Origin: Octopus bimaculoides
Lineage: Eukaryota
Direction: 5' to 3'
Assembly (NCBI RefSeq): GCF_001194135.2
Contig: NC_068998.1
Location: forward strand, 25,847,429-25,885,334
Length of the DNA stretch: 37,906 bases
Below are positions 34,266 to 37,906 of this stretch, one piece after another (position 1 is the stretch's first letter; every line of letters begins with the position of its first letter). A program made the position numbers and the translations under genes. Under the pieces are notes generated by a model. That model was not told where the DNA came from. It searched no databases and was given only the letters and a program-made list of their open reading frames with translations.

Positions 34266-34680
34266 CTATGATAACTTCCTACATGTGAGCTCCGATTGTC
34301 GTGTTGCAGATTCAAATGCTAGTTCATAAACCTCAGAAGCTGCTCGAGCGTTTACAAATACCCGATTAAAACCACATAGATATTTTGGAAGTGTAAATTT
34401 TTCTGTGGCTAATCGCGCCAGGTCATTCACGTTATATCTAGATAACGTTCTATTAAACTAATAGAAATGGATACCTTATGGTATGCAGGAAGTTCTCTAA
34501 TCTAATCTCAAATTTATGATTTGCTATCAACTGAATTCAGATGCATAAATAGTGTTATGGTTATCTAAACATGAACGACACTAAAAAATTAGAAAGCGTG
34601 GGTAAGCATGTTGCTATTATTGATTTACAGGACAGAAATAATGCTTTACTGTAGTGTTAACTGACTGTGAAATATATCCT

Positions 34681-34844
34681 TTCTACTATAGGCACAAGGA
34701 CTAAATTTTGGAGTCCGGAATTAACCAATTTCATCGAGCCCGAAAGTTTGAAAGGCAAGTCGACTTCGGCGTTATTTGAACTCAAAACGAAAAGATGGTC
34801 GAAATGTTGCTAGGCATTTTGTCCGACATGCTAACGATTCTGTT
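34681..34844 (-). mobile_element. SINE family A, decayed copy
   Basis: TTCTACTATAGGCACAAGG…GAAAGGCAAGTCGACTTCGGCGTTATTTGAACTCA…GCTAACGATTCTG is the reverse complement of family A. Confidence 0.85.
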
Positions 34845-34880
34845 AGATCGATACATACGATCAGTAATATATATCGACAG

Positions 34881-34990
34881 AGGCGTGGCTGTGTCGTAAG
34901 AAGCTTCCTTCCTAACCACATGGTTTTGGGCAGTGGCACCTTGGGCATGTGTCTTCTACTAGGGCCTCTGCCCTACCAAAGCTTTGTGAA
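34881..34990 (+). mobile_element. SINE family B, 5' portion up to the gap
   Basis: AGGCGTGGCTGTGTCGTAAGAAGCTTCCTTCCTAACCACATGG…GTGGCACCTTGGGCATGTGTCTTCTACTAGGGCCTC. Confidence 0.88.
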
Positions 34991-35787
34991 TATATATGTA
35001 TGTATGTATATATATATATATNNNNNNNNNNNNNNNNNNNNNNNNNNNNNNNNNNNNNNNNNNNNNNNNNNNNNNNNNNNNNNNNNNNNNNNNNNNNNNN
35101 NNNNNNNNNNNNNNNNNNNNNNNNNNNNNNNNNNNNNNNNNNNNNNNNNNNNNNNNNNNNNNNNNNNNNNNNNNNNNNNNNNNNNNNNNNNNNNNNNNNN
35201 NNNNNNNNNNNNNNNNNNNNNNNNNNNNNNNNNNNNNNNNNNNNNNNNNNNNNNNNNNNNNNNNNNNNNNNNNNNNNNNNNNNNNNNNNNNNNNNNNNNN
35301 NNNNNNNNNNNNNNNNNNNNNNNNNNNNNNNNNNNNNNNNNNNNNNNNNNNNNNNNNNNNNNNNNNNNNNNNNNNNNNNNNNNNNNNNNNNNNNNNNNNN
35401 NNNNNNNNNNNNNNNNNNNNNNNNNNNNNNNNNNNNNNNNNNNNNNNNNNNNNNNNNNNNNNNNNNNNNNNNNNNNNNNNNNNNNNNNNNNNNNNNNNNN
35501 NNNNNNNNNNNNNNNNNNNNNNNNNNNNNNNNNNNNNNNNNNNNNNNNNNNNNNNNNNNNNNNNNNNNNNNNNNNNNNNNNNNNNNNNNNNNNNATATAT
35601 ATATGTATGTATGTATGTATATATATATACATTTGTCTACGTAAACTTATATATTGATTATGGACATGTATATTCATGATTGCTACTTGCACCATAAGCC
35701 AGCTAACGACTACTATGAATTGCAATCCCGCTGCCGAGCCTTTCCCTGGGTCCTACACGTGTGTGTGTGTGTAAAGAGGGAGAAAGA

Positions 35788-35945
35788 AGAATGTGAAAGA
35801 GAGAGAGAAGGTGAAAGAGAGAGAGAATGTGAAAGAGAGAGAGAAGGTGAAAGAGAGAGAGAGAGAAGGTGAAAGAGAGAGAGAAGGTGAAAGAGAGAGA
35901 GAAGGTGAAAGAGAGAGAGAAAGAGAGAGAGAGAGACTGAGAGAG
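35788..35945. repeat. Purine-rich 18-bp minisatellite (GTGAAAGAGAGAGAGAAG)n decaying into (GA)n
   Basis: About 7 units, alternating AAT/AAG variants at the start. Confidence 0.92.
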
Positions 35946-37906
35946 AAAAGAAGATATTGGAAGGGAAAGTTATGATCATGTCTAATTCTACCACCACTCT
36001 GCACAGTTTTCTACATCTACGTTTTGTTAGTGAATACGCTATTCCATTATAAAATAATAGCAACCAGCCTTTCAAACGTTAATTAGCGTATATTTCACTG
36101 AAATCGATTATGGTTTAGGGCTTCAATTGAAAGTTTAGGAAGCTCGAAAAAATACAACTTTACTTAAGATATTGAATTAAAATCTGACCAGCTGAAAGGG
36201 AAAAACATGATTCGCCTTCAATTTAATGATTTTACTTTCTTGTTTGTCGTTTGTTTCAGCGTTTTATTGAATTTAGCATACTATTTATATAAAAACTAAA
36301 TGTGAAATAATGTCAAATTTTCTCCAGAATGTAAACGGAGAATATGAAATTATTTTCTGTAATCTCTTTGAATTATATTGAACAATATAAAAGAGTAGAG
36401 ACGCTTTCATTATAGAAGAAGAATGCTTTAGAAGTAAATTCTTAATCAATTTTAAAAGTTACACGTTTAATTATTAAACATTAATAGCGTCGTATGGAAC
36501 AAAGAAAATTATGCGTCGTTTCTTCTTTTCAAACAGTCATGTTAACAGGTTATAAGGATAATGAATGTTATTTAACATAATATCATCTTTAAACAGGCTA
36601 CGTTCAAAAATTTCTTTCCAACACTAAAAGGGAATATTATGAAACGTCCTCTGGCAGTTAGTTTAATTAAGAAATTTCATACTTCCTATTTTGATTCTCA
36701 GTTGGTGGAATGTTTTCATTTGGAATTAGCACAAATTATATCTAATAAGACCAAAGAATGTCCAGATGTGTCAACTTGTTTGCCAAAGATTAGATTGATT
36801 TTTCCCTCCACCACATTTCCTATTTCCAATTTTAATTAACTGTGTCTTCAGGTTTCACAAAAATTCTACTCAGAAATGTATATTGATTCAGTTAATACTC
36901 AGTTGTCTCCCCTGCCTTTCTTTGGTTAAATTACGTGTTGTTAAATGTTTACCTCTCACCGAAAGAGGTAGTTTTTATTCATTAGTGACTTTGCTCTCCA
37001 AATTAACTTTGTTAGTGCTTATTCCATTACAATGTCCACAATGTATTGCTCTACAGGCCAAGTGGGCAAATCAAGGTTCACCAAATAGTAATTGCTTTTA
37101 ATCTATTTTTAAAGCACTTCCACGGAAACAATTTTAATTACTTTATTGTTGTATTTTAAAGCGACATAAGAGACAGGGCCACAAAGGGAGATACAATGCG
37201 CCCGCTCGAGTTATTACTCATGCAAGTCAAAATTCAAACACAAGTTCAACTAGAAAAAACCCGTACGAAGAGTCGTTAGCTATAACATAAATTATTGTTA
37301 AAGAGGAGAGAATTTTAAGCGTTTAGCCATAAAAGGGTAACAACTCCGGATATGGGCCATATTTTAAATTGTTTATAAGGATTTTGAAAGAATATAGATT
37401 TTTGCGAACATTATGCATGAAGGGTATTTTCTTGGTTATCATTCAATGTTGTCTAGTATTAGTCAAATGTGTGTTCATGTGATTAATAAATTAACTTTGT
37501 AAACAGGTAGTAGAGGAATCAGTGATTCAGCGCAGCATCTCAAGGTTCAGCTCTGAAACAGTCTCGCGTTTACCATAAATTTCTGAGTGAAAACAGGTGC
37601 ATGAAAATTATGTGGAAGTCAGTCGGAGGCATGCGTTTCTCGTTGACGGCAACTGTAACGATGAAATCTAATTAGTTATGCTGACATTTCTAAATTGTCC
37701 CGTTGAAGGCTTGATGATAATTTGGCCTATGGGTTAGCGTGAGTTAAAATTTTACAGAATACATGACATTCAGTTAGTACAGGCGTTATTGGAATTTCCT
37801 TCCAGTCTTTATATATATATATATATAGGGTATGAAAGCTACTGGTGTCAGGAAGACCCAAAATGTATCGGGTCAACGCTCAGTAAGTTCTATGGATAGA
37901 CCATTG

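Overview
AT-rich, repeat-dense eukaryotic sequence, intronic or intergenic, with nine N-gaps. The two SINE families match consensus sequences I recall from Octopus genomes, so an octopod cephalopod origin is likely (recall, not a database search). I cannot identify any intact host gene, rRNA, tRNA or CRISPR array. The window is mostly transposon fossils: three clear mariner copies and one doubtful one, RTE-type RT fragments, a Penelope-like RT relic, Tx1/L1-like ORF2 and ORF1 relics, seven SINE copies of two families, a TA-flanked Tc1/mariner-type MITE and many microsatellites. Nearly all ORFs in the supplied track are artefacts of microsatellites, N-gaps or the antisense strand of these fossils. 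I did not find convincing evidence of a new biological system. The best leads are an unclassified ~484-bp foldback at the point where mariner #1 breaks off, a cluster of inverted repeats able to form dsRNA, several unassigned exon-like or coding-like segments, and a short direct-repeat-flanked unit. Boundaries and identities were estimated by eye.
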